A stretch of 64,000 nucleotides of DNA from a virus (lineage: Duplodnaviria; Caudoviricetes): positions 1 through 64,000 of the IMG/VR virus record IMGVR_UViG_3300030376_004895. One strand, 5' to 3'. Position 1 is the first letter of the stretch; each line of letters opens with the position of its first letter. The notes under the pieces are model-generated. The model had not been told where the DNA came from. It saw only the letters and a list, made by a program, of their open reading frames with translations, and made no database searches. A program made the position numbers and the translations under genes. Positions 36,601 through 45,926 of the stretch are shown one piece after another.

Positions 36601-38780
36601 TAGCCACTCTCATCCTTCACTTCAATAGTGTCTAGCTCAAAGATAGTTGAGGAGTTGGTCGCCTTCGATGATCCGAAGACGTGATGCTTGTGTTCTGTTT
36701 CTGCCTCAAAGAGAAGAGAATAGGATGAACCGTGCGAACGGTGCAACTGCCTCCTCATTGCGGCTGGTGTGCCTCTATGAGTCATTGGGGTCACGAAGGA
36801 ATGCCCCTGCCTTGCAAAGCGTATCCTGTGGTGAGGGAAAGGGTAGCCTGTGTCTGTTCCGTTGTTAGTTTGAGTGAGAACCGCCCCTCTTTCCGCGTGA
36901 TCGGTTATCCTATGCGCTGCGAATAAGCGCGTTGAGCCGCTTGGAACGGCTCCGGCGGTAGTGTGGGGGGTCAGACCCTGTTTGGTCGCCATATCGGGAT
37001 GCAGAAGCCTCTGAACGTGGAAGATTAGCATCCTGTCGTGGGTGTCGAACTGTGAAGCACCACCTGATGCCTCTGCTACGCCTGGTTTGCGAGGGTCTGG
37101 TGCCGTTAGGCCACCTAACCCCCACGTCATGTTAGACCACGCTTGAACGCGGTCATGGCCGCTTCTAACGAACACCTCTCCTGGTATCTCAGAGGGATCA
37201 GGCAGTTGAATCTGCATATTTGGAGTCAGTTTGCCGTCTGTGGTGGATGGCCCTGTGACCTCCTCTCCTGTGATTGGATCTATCCTGGTGTTCTGCACGG
37301 TGAAGTCTTTGATGACTACTCCGAGGGGGGATTTGCCAAACAGAGTCAGTTTGTTGCCTTGATCATCGACAGTAGTGATGTCCTCGAACACCCATTCCTC
37401 ATTACTGATCTGCAATCCAGATACTCTGAGGGTATTGGTAGCCTTAGCTGAGAATATGGGACGAGGGACATTTATGCTGTTGTCACCATCAATTCCTGCC
37501 GTCTCAAAGTTGCCAACATATGTGATGTTCGTCAAATTGTCCTGAGAATCGGAGAGCATATTGTTGGAATTGCTCGTGGCGGTTGCCCTATACCCGTTGT
37601 TCAGATGGAACATATCTCCCGAAGAGGCAGGAAGGGTTGTCCCATATTCCATATCTGCCAATTTAATATTGTTGGATCCGGTAGTATCCGTCTCGACTTT
37701 CGTAATATGGGCGATAGAAGGTTCTGTGACTGTATAGTCTGGAGGAGGTATGTCGGGGAGGTTGCACGAGTTCAGTCCTTCTATACTGAATCTCACATAT
37801 CCATGACCTGTTGAATGTGCAACTGCGGTGGAACCTTTTGAGTCATAATTAGGAGCTGGGAGTCCCATGTTCCCCCCATCCATTGGTTTTGCGCCTAGAT
37901 ACCACATCGGAACAGATGCGCCGATGCCCTGGATGACCGGCCCTCCGTTTGCTGGTGCCCAATATCCTCCGGCTGCATTTGGAGTCACAGTTTCCCAAGT
38001 CATCACAATCGTGTGCTTTGCGGGTTCTCCGGCAATCGTAGCCGTAGCAGAGGTGAGAGTTTCAGGGTAAGAGCCACCTACTTGGGTGATTTGGGATTGG
38101 AGAGTGCCACCTGTGACTGTGAAATCGACATAGGATGTCTGATCGAAAGGAGTTGAGTTGTATTGTCGCCCACCTCTCCTGACTACTGAAACACCCGTGT
38201 AGGTGATTGAAAGATTAGTGTGATTGCCATCGTTGTAGGTCAATGTTCCACTCTGAGGCATATCTGAGGGGAATCCATTGCGATAAGCACCATCGAACTT
38301 CACTCGAAGAACCTGGGCAGATTTGGCAAGGGTAGCAGTTGTCGTATGAGATGGTTTGCCGGACATTCGGACGTATCTAGCCCTCAAGTAGCGAGTCTTG
38401 CTATGCTCTCCTTGTTGAATTGCCCTGCGACTGTTGATCTTAGCCGCTATGAGCCTAGTGGCTTCCTCCGTCCCTAGATTGTAGGTCTTGCTGTTCGTAT
38501 CGTCAGTAGCGGCTTGCTTCAGATCCACTACGATTACGTTCGTGTCCTCTGCAGGAGCAGAAGCAGTAGCAATAGGGGTGCGGACGATGACTGTCACTCC
38601 CTGCTTCCATTGGTCGTTGGTGTTCGTGCCGTATTCCCAATCAGTCACGGCATCGCCGTATTCCGTATCGGGATAGGTGATGTGCATTGCGAAGAATCCG
38701 CTTGCGGGGTATCCACTAGCAGAACCAAGAGGAGTAGTCCTGGCCGGATAGATTTGCTTCGTGTATCGAGTCATCACCAC
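30678..38780 (-). CDS. Giant tail-tip / baseplate hub protein (2700 aa)
   Basis: C-terminal hub-like EIVVVGD..AEALKLAKSIL..IQPGEII..YAVFEARH; internal GSGYT repeats. Confidence 0.7.
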   Translation of the reverse strand: MVMTRYTKQIYPARTTPLGSASGYPASGFFAMHITYPDTEYGDAVTDWEYGTNTNDQWKQGVTVIVRTPIATASAPAEDTNVIVVDLKQAATDDTNSKTYNLGTEEATRLIAAKINSRRAIQQGEHSKTRYLRARYVRMSGKPSHTTTATLAKSAQVLRVKFDGAYRNGFPSDMPQSGTLTYNDGNHTNLSITYTGVSVVRRGGRQYNSTPFDQTSYVDFTVTGGTLQSQITQVGGSYPETLTSATATIAGEPAKHTIVMTWETVTPNAAGGYWAPANGGPVIQGIGASVPMWYLGAKPMDGGNMGLPAPNYDSKGSTAVAHSTGHGYVRFSIEGLNSCNLPDIPPPDYTVTEPSIAHITKVETDTTGSNNIKLADMEYGTTLPASSGDMFHLNNGYRATATSNSNNMLSDSQDNLTNITYVGNFETAGIDGDNSINVPRPIFSAKATNTLRVSGLQISNEEWVFEDITTVDDQGNKLTLFGKSPLGVVIKDFTVQNTRIDPITGEEVTGPSTTDGKLTPNMQIQLPDPSEIPGEVFVRSGHDRVQAWSNMTWGLGGLTAPDPRKPGVAEASGGASQFDTHDRMLIFHVQRLLHPDMATKQGLTPHTTAGAVPSGSTRLFAAHRITDHAERGAVLTQTNNGTDTGYPFPHHRIRFARQGHSFVTPMTHRGTPAAMRRQLHRSHGSSYSLLFEAETEHKHHVFGSSKATNSSTIFELDTIEVKDESGYRANGSFASDGVPGSEISGFRLPDVKATYSSVTPRTDLDYLVAPGQEHTETIGAGHLVRRAASSRTTTSNSGPTRLTLASALSGGSRYNTSSEAITNGFVLGDYTLAGGRPIAPVIDSGTSAYFVLGLEEGVAVPRSGTELATVPPLLCHDPEYLNLAALTPGGSGGITATNGDFALLGKDNTGTGCVPDAFLCHWLAEYSHPALLGTSREHYMTFRYREAGAPRSLNYPPTRSLYLRNHSNPTTTAQAEDALPFERIYVTQWLQNYGYNGLNAGGHGNIVGLKSANAVLMGHTTVREPQGTLRLKREYENVRHTRGEGIGDGINPERSGVNISYDTDTDSVSFTKYVSVVDSMVAYDYSRRLPVRAWGFRTGSDALDMLAGDPNENQAANQPVYGKGRFDGGIHDSMNKLPNVTTHGDSWVFPADYNGVERTMPVGVVLTSHTAEATPFSSVIRRSNKRPMGSEQPIGMGLTLGIESAGLVKPTSLPAGVWESKTDPDKGTNEPLKAIPMNKGSDPFIDLTQYTGSNSYSQSNSPSATSSSQFGVGGGFHHLKGNALHTNASAIDHSNTSNVHYPTTGWGIGTHTNATINSLTPIPLSEISDHRQVQSRTEPRLGFVIQTESERQDNKKTQYSVISTKAASLNSDLIVGQHFPVMPSWSVNAKFTTHNMTINPSSPTSQTISNPYTLPTWSPDAKDDKGDGGAQVSALSLDEPGSGYTFPSGTLTATGGGGGSGFSGTYTTTTSIPNNGLSFATNSSQQYTGSGVQNKNLSFSGGGGSGAAGTYTLSPDGKPLSGIAVSSGGSYSSAPALTVATPQSATPGNTTATATAVLSFGVSMTNPTVAGNGVSDVQLTIEPGSHPDLVTNMTVASTGSGPYSFTGGTITLASGNPLNSWPSSGTAYIGDGANTLSFTYTGTTTAGSNHSFTGVTLFHVSSFSFGSGSKIRTLSQNGVGASGSTVLFQITQTSPAHTTVATGKIGYTYISGKGYQATTYSLTAAGAGFTNSGTKVIQITTASSLGHGIDSSTQSAANADIGMNTSGTIASVTLNNAGDGYTSAPAVTVAGSGGASLTASINTGHPTTRTITAVNVTNNGSGYTSVPTVTATTNLAGGGTAQTITASLDSTGPLATVSISNGGSGYTTAPDIVMSGSGSNGDVSATVTLPANPAVLNAAKTHAKDAWAVRGSGDLPPWGGTYILRKTYLNRTEEGILTTDIYGTEGNATTSNQKRRSIDYFVRPVRPLKLFGFASDLLQDGWVHGARSSLGDADTEYQPFTRDNRYGVFEADMEQSIGTLQYISTAEGVFEMTWPDANELDAVFHLLPSASMLQFFKSDAVRKTVDGEFNPEIEARYSQTTHPGGGESLHQSETRYRAEGTGIAGDFVKQTTPDAVTHTHMDTSMRIYPQFEVTKHVGSNVFLKDASMLPTAGTLFLVGHREVHYTGKTRNKLTGVTNSTGVADLTGKILRYYSSNASDSATPSSLSDLRSLTVPHLVSPTFIDNSIVLAKQTSSLWNRYDTTLDEVKQTTLSYRGLMEYDPSDFMMVNQRPILIENGKTAAQVKTSSPSITAIRFDGKTLTDSHFPPYLYDTSGFSLRIAGVETDELSTFLQFRNIAADSISDLGLMPGPILMGQLGFVGIRTSDATMTLLNDAGSDLAGFNVTPTNALLSKDREMSSTLDAHPSLRLISDHSNVFTARKTRGLNIMEIIRNLTQIDGKQLVNEKNGALVYSSANFTNRGTTLGLGSAIQSVSVSKMFDSPNEIVVVGDPLAENERVFVVVKDLERMKKEASRGARNNMVRTLRQEIPGLKTNAEALKLAKSILARSENSAPLVTLQGAFKASSIQPGEIISLELPTHGLRGEYAVFEARHDYTNLKSDFIVGQYDKGIEGILSDLQAVSGNSAPLDGAAGTVVDVAEISMSSGINVVAVHKVFVRNVSNAGFIIGAKHTNGMGKIGVRDGNKRGRPIGASKSLYYEVK

Positions 38781-41700
38781 ACCCCCCTACTTGCAAATAT
38801 CTCATCGCAATCCGAATCGGGCAGAGCGTAGTTGAATATCGCTACGTTCGCAAGGGCGGTTTCATGCAACCATAGATTATTGCCGTAGGTATTGACACCC
38901 GAATCTGAATCATTTGAAGCACCCGCCCCATCATCTGTTCCACACGCTAAAGTCGCACTACCAGAAGTGTTGCTAGTCAAGTCAGTCCAACTAGCAATGA
39001 TGTCTGATCTCCTGATTGTCGATAGACCGATGAATAATGAATTGGTTTTTGGGTTGCCGTCACAGAGGTCAGGAGGCAATTGAGCAGGTAGAGCACTAAC
39101 TGATGATGTAGCAAGTGAACGAACATTGTTCACATAATTCGATGCATTCGCAGGAAGATTGGAGCCGCCTGTCAGACTAATCATACTTGACTCATCATGG
39201 CTTTGAACTGCGCCTGTGCCTGTGTGCCAACGCTGGAATCTCAATGCTGTGGAATTGCCCGCACGGAAATCGACAACATTACTTGTCACTTTCACAATCA
39301 AGTTAGTCCATGTCAATTTTTGCACTTGCAAACCACCATTTGTGATGCCTATCGTTTTCCTAGTGTATCCAGAGCCATTGTGATAGATGTATGATGGTCT
39401 GATCTGTTGCCAAAGAGTTGAGCTTCCGGTGAGTCCTCTTGTTCCAGAGATATACAAACCCCATCTATACCCTCTCTTATCGACTCCCGAGACAAGAGGG
39501 CCACTTGCTACTTCGGAATCGCCAGCAAAACTCGTATCAGTTGGCTTGAACCACACGCTGATGGTGTGATCCTGAGAGCAATCGAACTCTTTGAGAGGCC
39601 CATACTCCACGCTATGTGTGGCAGTATCCTGGTTGAAATGATGTGCAGTAATGGCCGTCTGCCCATTGAAATGGATTCCTTTGTCAGAAGAGTCCACCGA
39701 ATTAGCAGGGCCGTTTGTGCTTACTGCCCCTACTCCTCCTGCCCTGATGAACATGACCTTGTTCCCTGCTGCCGCAGTTCCCGATCCATTTGACACGCTG
39801 TCAATTCCCCAAAAACCCAGGGTGGACATTCCTCCGCCACCTGTATAACTGAAAGCCTCGGCATTGCCATTGTCCAATAGGACGTAGCCATTGAATGTCG
39901 CATTAGTAGTGGAGTTTGGCTCAACCGTGTATCTGAGTTGTTGGTTTCCTATTACGGCATCGCCCGCAGTAGCCGTGAAGTTGATTGCATTGCCGTTTTG
40001 CAAGGCTACTCCTGTCAAAGTGTTGCCATTCTTGCCTGTGTATCTGCAAGATGTCCCATCAATGTTGATTATGTTCTGAGCACCTGAAGCTCCTGTCGCA
40101 GAAGCCGTGCCGACATAGAATCGTGATGCATCAGTAAGAGTGACGGAGGTAGCACCGGATGCCATGTTCGAGGCCAACGTGGTGCTGGCCCCCTTGATGG
40201 ACATCTGCGACCAAGTTCCGCTTAGGCTGCTTTGCAGTTCCCCTACGAAACCTCGCACGAGTCTTAGTTTCGACCCATAAAGATCCTCCACGAAGTAGGA
40301 GTCGTTCTGACCCCAGGGAGTCCCTACTGTTGTCGTAGGAACATCAACCGTAGCCTCATTCAACCTGGCATAGAACAAAGCCCTGCCTAGTGTTCCATCC
40401 TTCCTCTCCACTAGCTTGTGGTGTATCCCTCTTAGGGTGTTGTCGTTGATGGTGTCGTTGTTCGTTATATCGGTGAAGTCCAAGACCGCAGATGCCGTGC
40501 TGACTTCGTGCAGGTTCTGAAATCCTGAGAATCCTGTTGGCCCCTTAGAGTAGTGGTGAAGGAAGTCATCGCTGTAGTCGTTAGCCGTCCCATCGCTGAT
40601 GTCGAAGGTGACTCCGGTATGTCCTCCTCCGAAATACACGATTCCCTCAGAGTCTGAACCAGGATAGATCAACTCGAACTCGACACCTCCGATGGTGGCT
40701 CCTTCACTATCATAGAATGTCTCAAGGAATTGAGTCATGGTTTCTCCACGAGGAGTGATGTTGCGTATGAAGAAGCAGTTAGTCAGGACATCTGTTGAGG
40801 TCGGCAATCTCTGTTGGTCTATGGTTTCAAAGTCCGCTACTGCTGATCCGACCCTCAGTATTCCCTTCTTGTTCGGCCCCATGAACGTGGTGATTCTCTT
40901 GAGGTAATCCTCAACGCTAGTGCTAACGGCGATGTGAGAGAGGCTTGTCTGAGTAGTGAACTCAAGGAGGGTAGGGCTTGTCATAGGTATGGCTCTCTGC
41001 AACTCCTCATTATTTGCTAAAGTCTGACCGATGTTTCCTGTGAAGACTATCTGTGTTGCAGTTAGCGAGCTGATTGTCCCTACGCTTGCCCCATCATTGT
41101 CATAGACTGTCTCACCTACTCTAAATTTCGTTGTCGCATCGACAGTATCAACCGCAATAGTCGTGGTTGAACCACTACCATACCCCGACCCGTTGTTCAC
41201 CAATACTCCGCTATCCTCATACTTCGTAGCACCATCTAACTCCTCACTTGCAGGGCTTGCAACGGTTGTGACTTTGAAAGAACTGCCAAGACCATTATAG
41301 GATCGTGTGGAATTAGTCGAATCTAAGGCACTTCCTGATGGTGCGCCCCTGAATGTCGAGATAGGAACGAACGTCTCTCCATCTGCCCCTATTGGCATCG
41401 GAGAGGGTATCAGATTGGGTTGATACAACCTACTGTTGCTTGATAGTAGTCCTCCATAGCCTACGACTTGGACAGGTTTGTAAGAATAGGGAGTGTTGTT
41501 GCTCAGACGGATGTTGAAATTCCGCCCCGATGCACCTGGGACTGTGCTATGGATGACAATGGTGCTCCCTGCCTCTCCATCCCTGCTCTCTGTCCCTGTT
41601 CCTATGAATGCACGGACATAACCCATGTGAGTCCCTGTATCCTTGTTGGTAGCGACAGAGGGGAATATAGGAGGGGGGTCGAAGGCACTCCCTCCTTCGC

Positions 41701-44700
41701 TATTCTTCGCTTGAGGATGCCCTGCCATGTTGATTCTCCTGATCACCTCATTCACGCACAGATTGAACTCTCCCATCGTATTAGCGACATCGCTGAAGTC
41801 AATCTCTAATGGCCTGACGTATTCTAAGGCCGTTCCATCTGATTTCTTGCCCTTCAATCCGAGGTAGTTGGTTTGACATATGACTGGATGCAAGGATTGC
41901 CTGTCGTTTGCCGCCTCGTTGTTCTCCAGGATGTCCCACTCGAATGCCTCCATGTTCGGGCCATTTAGGATGAGGTATCGTGAGGAGTTGTTCGGATCCA
42001 CATGAACGGCATCAGTATTGAGTCCCATGATTGTCCTGACGGCAGTTGCTATATCACTAGCCACTTCGGCAGTAGTGTCGTCATTTGGTATCTGAATGAT
42101 GAAGTCTTGAGCGTTATTTGGGACTGAAGACGAACCATCTAGGATGATGTATCCTCCCATAGTCACCGTCATTCCAGGGTCAATATCAGTAGTCTGATTC
42201 GTGCTACTGCTGGCATTGTTGATGGTGTTCAGAGGATTCCACTCAAGGGTGTTCACGGTTATCTGGTTGTTGCCCGAGTTTAGATTACTGACTTTGAGCA
42301 TCACCCCATAGCCATCATTCAACACGCCTTCACCGACTGTGATGAAGAAGTTAGTGTCTGCCGCATTCCCTGCAAGCCCCCTCTCACCTGTCGCAGAGAG
42401 GAAAGGAGTGATGTCATCCACAGTCAGGGTATTGCTACCGCCTCCGCTTATTGCGGTCACAACCGCTTGCACGGATGGCCTCTGACACCTAATTACCCAC
42501 CTACCACTACCATATGCCCAAGCGTATAGCTGATCAGTCACCTCGAAGGAGGCTACCGGACTGACTTGACCCCAATCAACGGCAAAGCGAGACTCGTTGT
42601 CCCTCATCTCCGGCCTGTTAGTAGCCATCGTGCAATCGACAGTCATCTTGAATCTCTTGTCAGATGGCAGAGGGGTTCTCGCATCATTGTCTGCCGCGAC
42701 TAATGCATCCACATCGAAGAACATGGAGGGGAACAGGGGTATCTCAGTCACGGCTCTCGTGGATGCGTAGTATGTGGATGTCTGCTTGTCATTACGAACA
42801 GATGCATTGCCCGCGCCTACTATCTTGTCCTTCCAACCAGGGAGGAAGGGGTGTTCTGCATATGTGGGTTGAATATCCATCCCACCCTGTCCTGGCCCTC
42901 CTAGAGTCATAGTCACAGTAGGGGTTCCCAAGTCACCTATTTCTTTCACAGGAGATCCTTGCCCGATATTGAAATCACGAGTGGAACGATGGTCGATTAC
43001 ATCCATTAGGAGGGATCGACCTTCTATAATTACCTTCGAGTCTCCTTCATCCGCACCCGTCTGAGGAGTTATCTCTTCGATTCGCCCTCGCATGAGATTC
43101 TTCTCTACTGTCGCAAGCGAGCTATCTTTCGGAGAGTTAGACGTGTGAGATACATCATCCAAAGCGGCATATTTGTCACGATTAGCAGGGTGGGCTAAGA
43201 CGTAGTTTGAGTTTCCCGTCAATTCATTATCTATGACATCATAAACAGAGAGGTCAGACCGCCTGAGTGACGGAGGAGTCAGTTTTGAGGATGTATGGGA
43301 GATTCGATTGTTGCCACTTGGAGATGAAATATACATCAAGTGGAAATCGGAGTTGCTGGAATCATCAGGAGTATTGGTGCTTGCTATTGCTTTCGGAGGG
43401 GCGTTGCCAATGATCTCAACTCCATTCCCATAAGCAGTATTCTCAATATTGATGAATGGCGAGGGAGTTATGTCACCTGTTGGGTTAGACGACAGGGTGT
43501 TGGAAGCAGGTCTGTCATTGAAGCTAGTCGTAGGTAGGCTAACCAATCCTCCTGGGGCGGTGACTGTCAGAGTGATTGCCGAACCGTCTGTCTGATTGCC
43601 CGAATAAGGTCTTCTAAGCCAATCTGAGAGCGTCCGACCACCGAAGACGGCACTACCACAGGGAATGGTCTTGGACACGACTAGGTAAGCCGCATTTCCG
43701 GTAGCATGATCGGGCCGAAACTTAGCAGCCACTCCTGATGTTGCTAAACTTGACCCTGCCACTACTTCTCCTGTCAGATCTATGGCGTTATAATGCACCA
43801 GAATCTGATTGGGGCCACCTGCACTAACTAATACGGCTGGAGAGTCAATTACGGCCACTCTACTCTTTCTTTCGGGTGACAAGTGCCTGATGTAGCTGTC
43901 ATTCGTAGGGACTCCTCCTGAGAAATCAGCAGTATGCTCGGTATCAAGTCCCTTGAGCATAAATGGCTTCACATTGCTAACTGCAATTGCCACTATCTCA
44001 TCCCTAGTGGAAGCATACACGTTCTGACTGATAGTTTTGTCATAGAATCCTACGCCGGACTCGACCACTATCCTGTTGAATACATTGGTGCTACTGCTTC
44101 CCGAGTCAGTTGCCGAGATCGTTGAGGCTTTGTTGATGATGGTTGAAATCTCTCCATGATAAGCAGGTTCCGTCACTCTTACCTTCTCATTTTCTGAAAC
44201 AAGAGTGTGCAGAGAAATGTTATCATTCTCATATCTGAACGTATTAGCAATCCCCTGGACTGTTTGTTTTACTGTTTGTCTATCAGGAGACGGTAGCATC
44301 TTCAGGAAGAAATCGCCATCTATTAGGTTGTAAGTCGTGACCGCACCCATACCTGCGTATGTTTCACTTGGCTCATACAGAGTATTAGCATCAGTCGCAG
44401 ATGTGCTACGGCTCTTGGTGGAGAAGAAATAGGCATCGTTTGAATATCCCGAGCTATCGGTGAATCGTTGCCCCTGGAGATAATGAGCAAGAGTGAATGT
44501 GTCCTTCTTCCTTGTTCTCTGACCCGATACTGAAGTATGGGTTTCTTCATTACCAGGGTCAATCAATAAATCGGCTTTTCCTATCGTGAAATAAACAGGT
44601 GTGTTATCCGTATGGGAGAATAAGTGGCCTTGCGTCTCAGGGAGGTTATCGACAGTCCCGTTTGCAGCATCATTCGCTAGATGGACAGACGTGCAATTGA

Positions 44701-45925
44701 TTCTGTTATTTGCAAAGTCCAATCCTGTTATTCGGATCCTCTCAATTCGATTCACAGAAGGATTCAATGTCGAAGTGCTTGATGTGCTAAGGACGGCATT
44801 GTTGTTGTATCTGACATTCTGAGAATCGGGAGGAGTTATGATTCCTGTGCTTGGGCTAGTCCCTGCATGGTTGATAACTGCATTAAGGACTGTTGAACTG
44901 ACTCCTGTGAAGTATGCTTGATCAGTCAAATCCAATGTCGAAGCATACCATGTCTGATCCTTGACTTCATCCAACTCAATCCCCTGCGTCATAGCCGCTA
45001 GTTTCTCTAAAGCAGTATATCGGTCTGCTGGCCCTCCTGGGTTTGCAGAATAGTCCCGTAATTTGAAATGAGTAGTGTTGAAATCATAGCCAATTGCTAC
45101 CAAAGGGGTATCCAGGAGGCCATCATGAGTATCCGGCCCATCTCTCCCCTGATGAGTCGCGCCTGGTCTTGCATTGTCGAAGAAATAGAATTGAGGGATG
45201 TCATATTCATCGTCAAAAGTCCACAAGCCGAATGTATCCTCCGTCTTTGTCAGAGGTTCAACCATCGGATTGACTATACCTTGAGATATTCTTACACTTT
45301 CGATGATGCCTCTGTATTCTCCCCCTCTCCCTCCAATGAATATGTCCGATGAGGATTGATTGACTGTGTTATTCTCGCCACCTAGTATCAGTTTCGCAAC
45401 AAGATCGCCATTGATGAAGCATCGCAACTCATCTTGCGTATATTGAGCAGTAATCAACATCAGACCTTGTTGCCCAATAGTCATATCCTGTGGTCGATGG
45501 GCATTAGAGGAGGAAGAATACACTCCTGAGTTATTGGAGGTCATCACAGGAGCATCAAATGCAGTTGATAAGGTGCTAGGGGTATTTGCCGTCTGGACTT
45601 GGAACAATAATTTACCCGAAGAGAAGGGGTTGCCACAACTTAGTTTGAACGACCCAGGTTTTTCGACCACGACTCCTCCGTAATCAGGGATTATGTATGC
45701 ATCAATGGTAAATGCTCCTTGAAGCGCATTCAATGGGTTAGAAGGCGATTCGAGATGCATTCGTCCGGTCTTCGTTGCGTGACTCTTTGTCGATTTCACC
45801 GTTCCGGCGAACTCGGCGGGCCTCAGATCGAAACCTGCTTCTCTGTATTTCCCTGTGGGAACTACTAATCCATCTGTGAATCCATTTAGACGGAGAGCTT
45901 TGCCATGAAACCTCACAACGCCCAT
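38774..45925 (-). CDS. Giant virion protein with N- and C-terminal LamG/ConA-like domains (2383 aa)
   Basis: AFTIDAYIIP..LRCFINGD..YRGIIESVRI; HTISVWFKP..LANVAIFNYAL. Confidence 0.75.
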   Translation of the reverse strand: MGVVRFHGKALRLNGFTDGLVVPTGKYREAGFDLRPAEFAGTVKSTKSHATKTGRMHLESPSNPLNALQGAFTIDAYIIPDYGGVVVEKPGSFKLSCGNPFSSGKLLFQVQTANTPSTLSTAFDAPVMTSNNSGVYSSSSNAHRPQDMTIGQQGLMLITAQYTQDELRCFINGDLVAKLILGGENNTVNQSSSDIFIGGRGGEYRGIIESVRISQGIVNPMVEPLTKTEDTFGLWTFDDEYDIPQFYFFDNARPGATHQGRDGPDTHDGLLDTPLVAIGYDFNTTHFKLRDYSANPGGPADRYTALEKLAAMTQGIELDEVKDQTWYASTLDLTDQAYFTGVSSTVLNAVINHAGTSPSTGIITPPDSQNVRYNNNAVLSTSSTSTLNPSVNRIERIRITGLDFANNRINCTSVHLANDAANGTVDNLPETQGHLFSHTDNTPVYFTIGKADLLIDPGNEETHTSVSGQRTRKKDTFTLAHYLQGQRFTDSSGYSNDAYFFSTKSRSTSATDANTLYEPSETYAGMGAVTTYNLIDGDFFLKMLPSPDRQTVKQTVQGIANTFRYENDNISLHTLVSENEKVRVTEPAYHGEISTIINKASTISATDSGSSSTNVFNRIVVESGVGFYDKTISQNVYASTRDEIVAIAVSNVKPFMLKGLDTEHTADFSGGVPTNDSYIRHLSPERKSRVAVIDSPAVLVSAGGPNQILVHYNAIDLTGEVVAGSSLATSGVAAKFRPDHATGNAAYLVVSKTIPCGSAVFGGRTLSDWLRRPYSGNQTDGSAITLTVTAPGGLVSLPTTSFNDRPASNTLSSNPTGDITPSPFINIENTAYGNGVEIIGNAPPKAIASTNTPDDSSNSDFHLMYISSPSGNNRISHTSSKLTPPSLRRSDLSVYDVIDNELTGNSNYVLAHPANRDKYAALDDVSHTSNSPKDSSLATVEKNLMRGRIEEITPQTGADEGDSKVIIEGRSLLMDVIDHRSTRDFNIGQGSPVKEIGDLGTPTVTMTLGGPGQGGMDIQPTYAEHPFLPGWKDKIVGAGNASVRNDKQTSTYYASTRAVTEIPLFPSMFFDVDALVAADNDARTPLPSDKRFKMTVDCTMATNRPEMRDNESRFAVDWGQVSPVASFEVTDQLYAWAYGSGRWVIRCQRPSVQAVVTAISGGGSNTLTVDDITPFLSATGERGLAGNAADTNFFITVGEGVLNDGYGVMLKVSNLNSGNNQITVNTLEWNPLNTINNASSSTNQTTDIDPGMTVTMGGYIILDGSSSVPNNAQDFIIQIPNDDTTAEVASDIATAVRTIMGLNTDAVHVDPNNSSRYLILNGPNMEAFEWDILENNEAANDRQSLHPVICQTNYLGLKGKKSDGTALEYVRPLEIDFSDVANTMGEFNLCVNEVIRRINMAGHPQAKNSEGGSAFDPPPIFPSVATNKDTGTHMGYVRAFIGTGTESRDGEAGSTIVIHSTVPGASGRNFNIRLSNNTPYSYKPVQVVGYGGLLSSNSRLYQPNLIPSPMPIGADGETFVPISTFRGAPSGSALDSTNSTRSYNGLGSSFKVTTVASPASEELDGATKYEDSGVLVNNGSGYGSGSTTTIAVDTVDATTKFRVGETVYDNDGASVGTISSLTATQIVFTGNIGQTLANNEELQRAIPMTSPTLLEFTTQTSLSHIAVSTSVEDYLKRITTFMGPNKKGILRVGSAVADFETIDQQRLPTSTDVLTNCFFIRNITPRGETMTQFLETFYDSEGATIGGVEFELIYPGSDSEGIVYFGGGHTGVTFDISDGTANDYSDDFLHHYSKGPTGFSGFQNLHEVSTASAVLDFTDITNNDTINDNTLRGIHHKLVERKDGTLGRALFYARLNEATVDVPTTTVGTPWGQNDSYFVEDLYGSKLRLVRGFVGELQSSLSGTWSQMSIKGASTTLASNMASGATSVTLTDASRFYVGTASATGASGAQNIINIDGTSCRYTGKNGNTLTGVALQNGNAINFTATAGDAVIGNQQLRYTVEPNSTTNATFNGYVLLDNGNAEAFSYTGGGGMSTLGFWGIDSVSNGSGTAAAGNKVMFIRAGGVGAVSTNGPANSVDSSDKGIHFNGQTAITAHHFNQDTATHSVEYGPLKEFDCSQDHTISVWFKPTDTSFAGDSEVASGPLVSGVDKRGYRWGLYISGTRGLTGSSTLWQQIRPSYIYHNGSGYTRKTIGITNGGLQVQKLTWTNLIVKVTSNVVDFRAGNSTALRFQRWHTGTGAVQSHDESSMISLTGGSNLPANASNYVNNVRSLATSSVSALPAQLPPDLCDGNPKTNSLFIGLSTIRRSDIIASWTDLTSNTSGSATLACGTDDGAGASNDSDSGVNTYGNNLWLHETALANVAIFNYALPDSDCDEIFASRGVW

Positions 45926-45926
45926 A